This document shows, one piece after another, positions 1 to 8,686 of a stretch of 64,000 bases of DNA; within the stretch, counting starts at the first letter, position 1; the number at the start of each line of letters is the position of its first letter. The position numbers and the translations under genes are program-made. The notes under the pieces were generated by a model. It ran no database searches. It saw only the letters and a program-made list of their open reading frames with translations, and was not told where the DNA came from. The DNA comes from a virus: the IMG/VR virus record IMGVR_UViG_3300010397_000043, positions 1 through 64,000 of that record. One strand, written 5' to 3'.

Positions 1-2924
1 GCCGCCATCGCAATCGCCGTGTTCAGCACCGGGGCGGTGAACGTGGTTACGCACTGCAGCGTTGCCTGCAGCGGGATGATCGTGTTTAGCGCCGCAGCCA
101 GAGTCGTCTGGGCGAACGCACTCGCCGCCATCGGGATGGCAGTCGTGAGCGAGCCGCTAACCGTGGTCGTGGACTGCACCAGGGCCTGCAGCGCGGCAGA
201 CAGCGGGGCCTTCGTTTCCAGGCTACCAATCGGGCGGAAGTACCGGCCCAGGCTCCACGGGCCACGACCCGGTCGGTTGCGCGACAGCGACTCCATCGCC
301 ATCAGCGAGGTGGTCGAGTCCACAGTGTCCAGTGGCTGGTCGAGCACGCCCGGCCACGGGATCGGGTTGCTCGACGCGATGAACTCCGTCGCGACCATGA
401 ACGTGTCGGGCACCCCCGGGCTGTTCGGGTCACGGTTCGTGTCATACGCACCAAACCACAACGCGCCGTGCTGCGTGGCCGTCATCGTGACGTTGGTGGC
501 ACTGATGATCTTGACCGGGTTGTCGCCCGGTCGGCCAGCCCAGAACTCAACCGTCGAAGTCGGCGTGTTGGCCGTGCCGCGCACGACGCGCAGCATCAGG
601 CAGGTCCAGCCATCGGGCACGAGGTACGGCACGCCCGAGGCAACGACGTTCGGGTCAGGGTAGCCCTGCGCGTAGATGTCGCCCGGGTTCGGCCATTCAC
701 CCTTGTTCGGCAGCGTGAAGCCCGGGGTGTTGTTCTGGTAGAGCTGACCGTACCGGCGCGCGTACTCACTGTCCGTCGTGGGCGTGGCAGGCGTACCGGC
801 ATCGATGGCCGGCGTGATGCGGAAGTTGCTGCTGCCAGTGTTCGGGGTCGTCGCCGGGGTGTTGAAGTCCTGGAAGCCGCCCGCGTTCTGGTAGTAGGGC
901 ACCGGAATACCAGCGAAGCCCAGGTTGGTCGTGACGATCTCGGCGTCGGTGTTGCTGCTGGAGCCACCGCCCGAAACCCACAGAAGCTTGAGCCCGCCTT
1001 CACCGCCCGCGCTGTGCGTCGGCTTGTAGCGCAGCAGAGGTTCCGGCGTGTAGACCAAGCACTGATAATACGTTTCCGTACCCGGGCCGCGACCCACGGT
1101 TGAGCTACCCGAGGTGCTATCCACACCGTCGAGGCGCAGGCGGATCAGGCCCGAGGCCGCGCCGTCGCTTGCCAGCTTCGTGAAGCGCACCGCACCCGCG
1201 CCAGAGCGCTTGATCGTGTTGTCCCACGACACGCGGCTAGCGGTGGCATCGGGCCACGTGTTGTTCGACACGGACCCAGCGGTGTTGAAGTTCTGGGCGA
1301 AGAACACGCCCGAGCCGGTCGAGCGATTCGTCCAGTCCTGGTCCAGCGTCGGGCCGGACGTGGTGAACGGCGCGGTGACCGTGGTCGCGCACTGCACGCT
1401 CGCAGCCAGGGCGATGCTCGTGGTCAGGTCGCCAGTGACCGTGGACAGGCAGTTGATGCCAGCCGTAAGCCCAGGCGCGGCTGAGTAGTTCAGCGCGCCG
1501 ATCTGGCGGAAGTAGTTGCGCGAGCTATACGGGCCGCGACCCGGGCGATTGCGACGCAGGTCATCCATCACCGTAGCGATGGCCGAGCTAGTCGCGTGGC
1601 TCGCAGTCAGGTCAGCGGTGACCGTCGCGATGGCGGTCAGGTCCGCGAACAGGAACGTGAAGAGCGGAATGTCGCCCGAGCAGGTAACGACGCACGAGAT
1701 GCTTGCGGCCAGCGGAATGGCCGTGTTCAGCGTCGTGACCGTCATCGTGGTCACGCCCTGCAGCGTCGCCTGCAGCGTGATCGAAGTGGACAACGCCCCG
1801 ACCATCGTCGTCGCGCACTGCACGCTCGCGGCAAACTGGTTCGGGAAGATCAGCGTGCCTGACGCAGTGGTCGAGCACTGCACCGCCGCCGCGAGGCGGA
1901 TCGCAGTCGTGAGTGACGGCGTCACCGTCGTCTGCGCCTGCACCGATGCAGCAGGCGTGATCTGCGTGGTCAGCGCACCAACCACAGTCGTCTGGGCCTG
2001 CACCGTAGCCGCAGGGGTAATCTGCGTGGTCAGCCCAGGCGTCAGCGTTGCCTGTGACTGCACCGCCGCAGCCATCGTGATCTGCGTCGTCAGGTCCGCC
2101 GTCGAAGTCGTCTGCACCAGCAGGTTCGCCATCCACGGCGGGGTCGGGCTGGGCACCATCGAGCCGATCTGGCGGAAGTACTTACGCGAGCTATACGGGC
2201 CACGACCAGGGCGATTGCGCGACAGGTCGTTGAGCACCGTGCTCGTGTTGATGCCACCGCTCGCAGCGGCAACTTCCTTGTAGACGACGCCGACGATGGC
2301 GAACGGGTCGGACGTAATGCTGCCAGTGGAAATCGTCTGGCTCGTGCCAGTCGAGACGATCTTGTATTCGACGCATCCAGGCTCGTGCGCGCTGGCGTCC
2401 GTCTCGGTCCAGATACTCGTGAAGCCCGAGCCAACGCCTAGGCCAGTGTTGCCCGAGCCTTCGACAGACGTTACGCCGAAGAAGATAGCGGGGCCCGCAC
2501 TCGTCAGCGACGAAGTAGCTTGCGTGGTCGTCGCGCCCTGCGCATTGGTGTGCTGCTCGACACGCGACGAATCCCACCCGGAGGTGGATGCGAATTCCGA
2601 AATGCCCAGCGCGTAGTAACTGCCCGCCGCGCCGGCAACCGTGATCGTCAGCGAGCCAGCGCCCGTGACGATGGCGCTCCAAACCGCAGCCGTGACGTTG
2701 TTGCCGGTCGTTTCGTGCTTGACCTCGTCCAGCGTGAACGCGCCAATCGTGGCTGTACCCGCACTCTTCGTGCAGTCACCGACAGCAAACGTGTGCGTCG
2801 GGTCGTACTTCGAGCACCCGATAACGATCAGGCTACCCGCAGCGACGTTCGACGCGAACGCCTTTACCGCTGACGCAGCGTTGTCAGTGGTGATGCCAGT
2901 TACTTGAAGTGCGGTGATAGTCAC
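1..2924 (-). CDS. Large modular tail fibre/appendage protein (3' end outside window)
   Basis: GTG start abuts the stop of the upstream gene (MTITALQVTGITTDNAASAVKAF...). The frame is inferred open to the window edge because the ORF track lists no stop-terminated ORF in it. Thr/Ala/Gly-rich, with three RNRPGRGP(Y/W)SxxxYFRxIG motifs and ~19-20 aa LTTQIT.AA.VQ repeats. Confidence 0.7.
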   Translation of the reverse strand, partial: MTITALQVTGITTDNAASAVKAFASNVAAGSLIVIGCSKYDPTHTFAVGDCTKSAGTATIGAFTLDEVKHETTGNNVTAAVWSAIVTGAGSLTITVAGAAGSYYALGISEFASTSGWDSSRVEQHTNAQGATTTQATSSLTSAGPAIFFGVTSVEGSGNTGLGVGSGFTSIWTETDASAHEPGCVEYKIVSTGTSQTISTGSITSDPFAIVGVVYKEVAAASGGINTSTVLNDLSRNRPGRGPYSSRKYFRQIGSMVPSPTPPWMANLLVQTTSTADLTTQITMAAAVQSQATLTPGLTTQITPAATVQAQTTVVGALTTQITPAASVQAQTTVTPSLTTAIRLAAAVQCSTTASGTLIFPNQFAASVQCATTMVGALSTSITLQATLQGVTTMTVTTLNTAIPLAASISCVVTCSGDIPLFTFLFADLTAIATVTADLTASHATSSAIATVMDDLRRNRPGRGPYSSRNYFRQIGALNYSAAPGLTAGINCLSTVTGDLTTSIALAASVQCATTVTAPFTTSGPTLDQDWTNRSTGSGVFFAQNFNTAGSVSNNTWPDATASRVSWDNTIKRSGAGAVRFTKLASDGAASGLIRLRLDGVDSTSGSSTVGRGPGTETYYQCLVYTPEPLLRYKPTHSAGGEGGLKLLWVSGGGSSSNTDAEIVTTNLGFAGIPVPYYQNAGGFQDFNTPATTPNTGSSNFRITPAIDAGTPATPTTDSEYARRYGQLYQNNTPGFTLPNKGEWPNPGDIYAQGYPDPNVVASGVPYLVPDGWTCLMLRVVRGTANTPTSTVEFWAGRPGDNPVKIISATNVTMTATQHGALWFGAYDTNRDPNSPGVPDTFMVATEFIASSNPIPWPGVLDQPLDTVDSTTSLMAMESLSRNRPGRGPWSLGRYFRPIGSLETKAPLSAALQALVQSTTTVSGSLTTAIPMAASAFAQTTLAAALNTIIPLQATLQCVTTFTAPVLNTAIAMA

Positions 2925-3632
2925 TTAGGCGCTCCCAGCCGAGAAGGCGCTGATCGTGTGCTTCGTGAACGTATCGGACGAGCTACGCGAGAAGAACCCG
3001 ATGCCAGGGCTACCGCTCGTGATCTTGCCGGTCTGCGTGTCCGTGACCTGCCAGACCTGTGTGCTGTTCTTGAACACAGTCATCACAGGGCTACCGCTCG
3101 TGGCGTCGTAGACTACCTTGAGCACGTCGTTGTGCGCAAGGGTCGGGATTGACCCCGACAGCGTGGTGAACCCACTGGTCGTGAAGTCGCCCTGCGCGCC
3201 ATTCCAACGGGCGAGCAGAATCGTGCCATCGTAGATGACGTCGAATTCGTACCCCTTGGCGTTGCCCGACGCAATCGTGAAGCCGACAAGGCACTCGATC
3301 TCCAGCGAAGTGCTGGGTGGCGTGTACGCACCGTCAGGCCGGTTGCACTTGATCTGCGCGAAGTGCTTGTTAGCAGTGAACCGACCTTGGATCGTGGCGA
3401 TGTTGTCACTGTAGTCCGAAGGCGAAGCCGCCGTGGCATACGCTCCGTTGGTCGGGTCACAGCGCACGTTGTTCCAGCTACCACCAGTCGCCAGACCGTT
3501 GGTCCAGATACTGCCTTCGCTGATCGGGTTTTCCGTCACGGCGAACGTGGTCGAGTACGGGTCAAAGTTGCCCCCGCCCCCAGAGGCCGCGACGACCGTA
3601 TTCCGGTACATCAAAGAAGGAACGATGGACAT
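2925..3632 (-). CDS. Putative virion appendage/receptor-binding protein (lectin-like beta-sandwich)
   Basis: 235 aa, Ser/Thr/Gly-rich, beta-strand pattern ending GSPGIGFF; lies in the fibre operon. Confidence 0.55.
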   Translation of the reverse strand: MSIVPSLMYRNTVVAASGGGGNFDPYSTTFAVTENPISEGSIWTNGLATGGSWNNVRCDPTNGAYATAASPSDYSDNIATIQGRFTANKHFAQIKCNRPDGAYTPPSTSLEIECLVGFTIASGNAKGYEFDVIYDGTILLARWNGAQGDFTTSGFTTLSGSIPTLAHNDVLKVVYDATSGSPVMTVFKNSTQVWQVTDTQTGKITSGSPGIGFFSRSSSDTFTKHTISAFSAGSA

Positions 3633-3645
3633 GCCGGTCCTCCGG

Positions 3646-4818
3646 TTAGGGTTTGTAGAAGTAGATCGACCCGCTGGACGAGTTCAGCAGCGAGTACCCG
3701 CGCACAGTCGAGTTCGGGCTGTACGCGAAGCGCCCATAAGTACCGTTCGTCTGCGCCGCGCTCGGAGTCGCGCCCGTCGAGGGGTTCACACTGCTCCACG
3801 TCCAGGCGTTGCCGCCTTGGTACGGGCTGGTCGTTGGCGGCGTCAGGAACCAAAGCTCCTTGCCGTTGTTGCGCCACATGACGAACCGGTCGGCCACCGG
3901 GTCGTAACACATGCCAGAACTTCCATTGGTCGGGCCCGTGCCAGTCGTGGTCGGCGTGTAGTAGTCATTGGCGCTGGGATTGCGGCAATCGAAAAACTGC
4001 ATGCCATCCTGCGACGAGTAGAAGGCGATGATGTGACGGTTGTAGTCCATCGCACACGACGAACCGCTCGTGTGATTGTTCGGGCTCTTGAAGATGTAGC
4101 TATTCGCGGTGTTCGACGAAACTCCGTAGCTGGCGATCAGGCTGTTACCGGCCACGTAGTTACCGAAGATCGTGTCGAGCCCGGGGTCATACCCCGCCAT
4201 CCACATGGTCGTGGGCGGCGAGGCCGAGGCCTTCGACCAGGGCTGGGACGAGTTCGGGTTCGGCTGGTTGAAGTCGAGAATGTGAATCAGGTTCGAGTCG
4301 TTGGCGTCCGAGTACCGGCCACCACCGCCGACCGTGATCATTCGGTTCGAGCCAGGAATGTAGACGAGACTGCCGTAGGTATGCCGGCTCACCGGGTTGC
4401 CCGAGCCATCTTCGCTGACGTTGTTCGGTGCAGGCACCGTGCGGTCACGCGGGCGATACCACTGGGGCGTGTCGCTCTCGAATGGACCGAAGGCGTAGTA
4501 CTCGTTGCCCGAGTAATCGCCGTGGCCCCCGCCCCAGATTACGAGGAACGTGCCACTCAGGAACGTGCTACCGACATAGAGGCCGGTGCTGTTGATGATG
4601 CCGCCACCCCAGGCGGTAAGGATCGAGTCCGCGCCCGACTGCATCACGCCGCTGGCCGCGAGCGTGCCACCGGGTAGCGTGCCCCATGTGCCGGATGCCT
4701 GATTCGCGTACCAGTTAGGCGTCCCCGGCGGAGGCGGGGGCGGCGAGGGAGCAGGCGGGGGCGGGGGCGGTACAGCAATGTCGCGACATTTGTATTGCAG
4801 AGATCGCGCGATGGGCAT
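3646..4818 (-). CDS. Putative beta-propeller receptor-binding protein with polyproline N-terminal linker
   Basis: 390 aa; PPPPPPAPSPPPPPP linker, WGGGHGDYSGNE and PVSRHTYG motifs, repeated (Y/L)DP blade-like turns. Confidence 0.55.
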   Translation of the reverse strand: MPIARSLQYKCRDIAVPPPPPPAPSPPPPPPGTPNWYANQASGTWGTLPGGTLAASGVMQSGADSILTAWGGGIINSTGLYVGSTFLSGTFLVIWGGGHGDYSGNEYYAFGPFESDTPQWYRPRDRTVPAPNNVSEDGSGNPVSRHTYGSLVYIPGSNRMITVGGGGRYSDANDSNLIHILDFNQPNPNSSQPWSKASASPPTTMWMAGYDPGLDTIFGNYVAGNSLIASYGVSSNTANSYIFKSPNNHTSGSSCAMDYNRHIIAFYSSQDGMQFFDCRNPSANDYYTPTTTGTGPTNGSSGMCYDPVADRFVMWRNNGKELWFLTPPTTSPYQGGNAWTWSSVNPSTGATPSAAQTNGTYGRFAYSPNSTVRGYSLLNSSSGSIYFYKP

Positions 4819-4848
4819 GACACGCCCTCCCCGGCAGTTGGGTTTGTT

Positions 4849-5424
4849 TTAGTTGAACAGGCCGATGACGCCAGCTTCCAGACGAATCGAGTTGGAGGCG
4901 TTCGCGGTGCTCCACTTCGCTTGGATGTCGATCAGTTGCGCAGCGGTCGTGTCGAACCCGTTGCCCGCCGTGCCCGGCGCGGTGTTGTACGGGGTCATTT
5001 GGCTGGTGGCACCGCCAGAGCCGACCGCCGCCGCACCGATCACCGCACCCGACAGGAAGTGCCCGACACCCGCGACGTTGCCGTTGGTGCCGCTGCCCAG
5101 CGCGCGAGCGAAGAGCATCACGTCCAGCATCCACTGCACGTTGGTTTGCGCCGTGGTGTTGAGCGTCATTGCGCCGCTGTCGAAAACGTCAATCGAACCG
5201 AAGCGGCAGGTCAGGTTCAGCGTGCCGGGCGAAGTCACCACAGTGCTGATGCGACCATACAGGCGAAGCCAGAGCGGCTTGCCGGTGCGCTCGAAATAGC
5301 CAGCCGGCAGCGTGGGCTGTGAACCCGTGACACCGGTGAACAGGCTGGCCTGCGTGGTGCTGTTCGTGACAGCCGAGCCAGCGGTCGGAATTTCCAGCCA
5401 GCTTTCCAGAAAACCCTTGGACAT
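4849..5424 (-). CDS. Virion structural protein (beta-rich)
   Basis: 191 aa with AGGAG RBS; Thr/Gly/Ser-rich; structural operon context. Confidence 0.55.
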   Translation of the reverse strand: MSKGFLESWLEIPTAGSAVTNSTTQASLFTGVTGSQPTLPAGYFERTGKPLWLRLYGRISTVVTSPGTLNLTCRFGSIDVFDSGAMTLNTTAQTNVQWMLDVMLFARALGSGTNGNVAGVGHFLSGAVIGAAAVGSGGATSQMTPYNTAPGTAGNGFDTTAAQLIDIQAKWSTANASNSIRLEAGVIGLFN

Positions 5425-5456
5425 GGTTTAGCTCCTTTAAAGCAGTTGCGCGAAGA

Positions 5457-5897
5457 TCAGTTGTCGATCTGGATGGTCAGCGCGGCAGCCGCGAAGCTCG
5501 GGGCCGGGTCGCCGTTGTTGACCGTCTTGCTGGTGGTCAGCGGTGCCCAGAAGAGTTCGTTGCCGCTGGTGCTGGCGTCGTAGATCGCCATGCCAGTGAT
5601 CGAGCCCCAGTTGGCCGAGGGAGACGGGAAAGTGATCGCACCGTTGTTGGACGTGGTGCCGTTGTTGCCGCTGGAGGCGGACGTGCTGCCGGCGGATTGG
5701 GTGCCGGCCCAGTTGGACAGAGACGAGCTGACCGCGACCCGGGCGTAGGAACCGCCTGAGACTTCGGTGCCGCCACCAGTGTCACTCGGGTTCGCCGTGT
5801 AGAGGGCGATGTAGACGGTGGTGGGTGCGGTGAAGGTCTGGCCCCGCAGGAGCCAGTCAATCAGCTTGTTTTCGAGATAGTCGCTCATGTGCGCCAT
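5457..5897 (-). CDS. Small tail-fibre-associated structural protein, paralog 1 (MSDYLENKLIDWLLRGQ family)
   Basis: Strong similarity to 8219..8674; YIALYTANP, EVSGGSYARV and GNELFW motifs; AAGGTG RBS before the ATG at 5897. Confidence 0.7.
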   Translation of the reverse strand: MAHMSDYLENKLIDWLLRGQTFTAPTTVYIALYTANPSDTGGGTEVSGGSYARVAVSSSLSNWAGTQSAGSTSASSGNNGTTSNNGAITFPSPSANWGSITGMAIYDASTSGNELFWAPLTTSKTVNNGDPAPSFAAAALTIQIDN

Positions 5898-6020
5898 GGT
5901 GAACACCTTTCAAGGGAAATTGATGGGGTGATCGCTCTGGCGTAGAGAATCCAGAACGTGGCGCGAAATGTAGCGCAAGATGACGGTTCTGTACAGGCTA
6001 CAATGACCGGCCTTTGGCTA

Positions 6021-6053
6021 TTAGGGTTTACCCTAACGATTACCGGGGGTAAT
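6021..6053. promoter_or_regulatory. Composite operator-like site upstream of the fibre operon
   Basis: TTAGGGT-TT-ACCCTAA (6021-6036) plus ATTACC-GGG-GGTAAT (6039-6053); both motifs recur at 28616 and 55595. Confidence 0.6.
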
Positions 6054-6178
6054 GCGGGCCCGCTACGGGGCGCGCGACCCTGGGGGCGCGGGGTGGGGTG
6101 CATGCCGAGGGCGCGAGCGCGCTGGCGGGCCGGCTAGGGCCCTGCGCGGGCCATCGGCGGGTTAGGGGTGCCCCTAAC

Positions 6179-6217
6179 AAAAAGGGCCCCGCCAACGCTG
6201 CTCAGGTTGGCGGGGCC
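6179..6217 (-). terminator. Intrinsic terminator after the lysis cassette
   Basis: GGCCCCGCCAAC/GTTGGCGGGGCC stem followed by CTTTTT on the minus strand. Confidence 0.75.
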
Positions 6218-6268
6218 ATCGAAACCGGCTGGAACTCGCTCTGCCTATCCCCCCAGCCGGCAAACCAT

Positions 6269-6760
6269 CTAGGGCGTTACTTGCGGCTTGCCGCCGCAGG
6301 CTTCGTAGATTTGTCGTCGGCTTTCTTGGCAGGCTCCAAGCTCGATGCGGAGTCGCTCGGCTCGGGCAGCTTCCCCTGCAAGAAATTGTCCATCCTGTCG
6401 GTAAAGCTGGGCCCCAGTTGCGCCGGAGCAGGCAGCGGAGGCAGAGGCGGGCACTGCGGGGCGAGGGGCGCGCTCTGACAAGCGCACAAGAGCAGCGCTG
6501 AGAGCACCATTGAGAGCATCGATTTGCGCATCTTTCTTCTCACTTACGGTGTGCATGTCGCGTGCCAGTTGATCACCCTTCGCGCGGGCTTCGTCGGCGG
6601 CACGCTTGTCCGACGCCTGCCATTCGGCGCGCACGGCATTTGCGCCCCGGTCATAGGCCCAGTCATAGGCCATGTAGACCGCAACCGCGAGCACTGCAGC
6701 CACGATGGCGTAGAGGGCAATGCGTAGGGTCGGTGGGGCTAGGTCAAACAGGTCGGGCAT
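6269..6760 (-). CDS. Rz: Rz-like inner-membrane spanin
   Basis: GGAGG RBS; N-terminal TM segment (IALYAIVAAVLAVAVY), coiled-coil body, C-terminal Cys residues; downstream of endolysin. Confidence 0.8.
   Translation of the reverse strand: MPDLFDLAPPTLRIALYAIVAAVLAVAVYMAYDWAYDRGANAVRAEWQASDKRAADEARAKGDQLARDMHTVSEKKDAQIDALNGALSAALVRLSERAPRPAVPASASAACSGATGAQLYRQDGQFLAGEAARAERLRIELGACQESRRQIYEACGGKPQVTP
6277..6543 (-). CDS. Rz1: Rz1-like outer-membrane lipoprotein spanin embedded in Rz
   Basis: Lipobox LLLCAC followed by Pro-rich CPPLPPLPAPA, nested in another frame of Rz; exact start uncertain. Confidence 0.75.
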   Translation of the reverse strand: MRRKMRKSMLSMVLSALLLCACQSAPLAPQCPPLPPLPAPAQLGPSFTDRMDNFLQGKLPEPSDSASSLEPAKKADDKSTKPAAASRK

Positions 6761-6947
6761 CGAAGCCTCCTTCTTTGTTCCATTGGGCCGCGTAGTGCGT
6801 GGCGACTTCGGGCGAGTCAAAAACGCGGGCAGGGTTGGCAGGGTCAGCCCATGCCAGCCGCCCAGCCGCGTCAAGAACACACCACGCATCGCCGCACCCG
6901 ATTGCTCGCCAAGGACCTTGTTTCGTTTGCTGCCAATCGACGATCAC
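6744..6947 (-). CDS. Hypothetical protein in lysis cassette (67 aa)
   Basis: GTG overlaps the endolysin stop (GTGA coupling); fills the gap to Rz. Confidence 0.5.
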   Translation of the reverse strand: MIVDWQQTKQGPWRAIGCGDAWCVLDAAGRLAWADPANPARVFDSPEVATHYAAQWNKEGGFDARPV

Positions 6948-7516
6948 TGCAGCACCCCCAATGCGGCGCGGGCGCGAGCCCACAGCATGCGACGATCAGC
7001 CAGACCATTGGGTTCGCCGGTAAGCCGGTTGACGCCGTTGATGCGCTTGCTGATCTTGAGGAACGAGTTGTCGTCGTTGATGTCGGCCAGTTCGTTCAGG
7101 CCATGCCAGTACCAGAACGCGCCCGCCGAGGCGACGCACCAGCGGGGCTCGCAAAGCTCCTCGGGGTCGTCCTGAAAGTCGGGTACATCGGTCCAGCCCA
7201 GCTTCTCGATCTGCACGCCGATGGCGGCATGGTTGGCACGCCCGGTCACCTGGATGAAGCCGTGCCCCTTGTAGCGCACGCCGTCGCCCTGCTTCACGTT
7301 GCCGAGGTCCATGCGGCCCTCGTACTGCGAACCCGAGGCAAGCTCCTTGGTGTAGGCAAGGCACCCCGACTCGTGCGCCACCTGGGCTAGGAACGCGGCT
7401 TGTCGAATCGCCGTGTTGATCTGGCACATGGTGAACGTCTCGTCGAAGTAGTTGGCGTACCGCACTGCGTTGAGAATCGAGCAGGGCATCACGAGCCGAA
7501 GAAGTTCAGGCGTCAT
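6944..7516 (-). CDS. Endolysin, glycoside hydrolase family 19
   Basis: AAFLAQVAHES, DGVRYKGHGFIQVTGRANH and INGxxxxxxxxNGLADR motifs. Confidence 0.92.
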   Translation of the reverse strand: MTPELLRLVMPCSILNAVRYANYFDETFTMCQINTAIRQAAFLAQVAHESGCLAYTKELASGSQYEGRMDLGNVKQGDGVRYKGHGFIQVTGRANHAAIGVQIEKLGWTDVPDFQDDPEELCEPRWCVASAGAFWYWHGLNELADINDDNSFLKISKRINGVNRLTGEPNGLADRRMLWARARAALGVLQ

Positions 7517-7805
7517 GTGAGTACTCCTGCCACCGTTTCTGCAGCAGGCTGATGCACTCGATGCCGGAAGCAGCCGCCATCATCATCAGGCCGAACTCGA
7601 CGGCAATCGGCACTGGGATGTCGTGCTTGTCGAACAGCATCCACCAGAAGTGCAGCGACATCAACGCATACGCACACACCATCAATCGCCGGCCTGCGGT
7701 GTACGTGTGTGGCTCCTGGATGCACGTGTCTCGCAGCACCGCGAAGTTGAGCAGGCCTACCATGGTCACAACAACCACGAGAAGGGTGTCGATCAGCGCG
7801 TTCAT
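7506..7805 (-). CDS. Membrane protein (holin/antiholin candidate)
   Basis: 99 aa with three hydrophobic segments, directly upstream of endolysin. Confidence 0.6.
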   Translation of the reverse strand: MNALIDTLLVVVVTMVGLLNFAVLRDTCIQEPHTYTAGRRLMVCAYALMSLHFWWMLFDKHDIPVPIAVEFGLMMMAAASGIECISLLQKRWQEYSHDA

Positions 7806-8200
7806 TGCTTACCTCCATCGTTATCACTCGGCGGCGGAGGCGGAGCTTGCACCCTGCCGCCACGAATCGAAGTCCACACATCCATGAGGAACTTCATCGG
7901 GTTAGTTGCAAAGGCTTGGAACAGCACGATTACGCCGGTCAGCAAGTCGTCGGCCACGTAAGCGCACAGGCCGACAATGGCGTATTGCTTGGTGGGGCTC
8001 AGCCCACTGTCGGCAATAGCGAGGCCGACCAGCACTGAGGTGATGACTGAGGCAACTGCACCGCGCAGAAAACCTGCCAAGCCACCATGCCGGTTAGAGA
8101 TCAGGCCCCGCGCAATGCCGACAGCGAGCCCAGCCACTCCGCTGGCAGCTACCGCCGCGAGAACTTTGTCCAGGTCACTATCGGGTTTATCCACGGTCAC
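7802..8200 (-). CDS. Holin candidate
   Basis: 132 aa, about three TM segments, charged/Pro-rich C-terminus; first gene of the lysis cassette. Confidence 0.65.
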   Translation of the reverse strand: MTVDKPDSDLDKVLAAVAASGVAGLAVGIARGLISNRHGGLAGFLRGAVASVITSVLVGLAIADSGLSPTKQYAIVGLCAYVADDLLTGVIVLFQAFATNPMKFLMDVWTSIRGGRVQAPPPPPSDNDGGKQ

Positions 8201-8218
8201 ACTCCTTAGTTGAGCTTG

Positions 8219-8674
8219 TTAATCAAGAGCGAAACGCAAGGTCGCAGCCGAGATCGTCACGGGGTTGCCCCCGAGCAAGCTCCGCGACACGGGGGTCACA
8301 CCATCCGAACCTACCAGCGGGCCCCAGAAGAGCAGGTTGCCGCTGGTCGAAGCGTCCATGATGATGATGCCGACCACAGGACTCGCCACATCGGACGGCG
8401 GGGTCGGAAAGGTAATCGTGTTGTTATTGCTGATCACGCCAGAAGTGCCACTCGACGCACTGGTCGTCGCATCGCCCTGCGTGCCGCTGATGTTCGACAG
8501 ACTGGGCGTGACCGACTGCCGGGCGTAGCCCGAGTATGCAACCTCAGTGCCAGCAGACGAGTCACTGCCAATGGTCGTGACGAGACCAACATAGATCGGC
8601 GTCGGGGGCGTAAACGACTGGCCGCGCAGCAACCAATCCAGAATCTTATTCTCGAGGTAGTTCGACATGCTCAT
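8219..8674 (-). CDS. Small tail-fibre-associated structural protein, paralog 2
   Basis: MSNYLENKILDWLLRGQ...DASTSGNLLFW; paralog of 5457..5897. Confidence 0.7.
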   Translation of the reverse strand: MSMSNYLENKILDWLLRGQSFTPPTPIYVGLVTTIGSDSSAGTEVAYSGYARQSVTPSLSNISGTQGDATTSASSGTSGVISNNNTITFPTPPSDVASPVVGIIIMDASTSGNLLFWGPLVGSDGVTPVSRSLLGGNPVTISAATLRFALD

Positions 8675-8686
8675 AGCGAATCTCCA

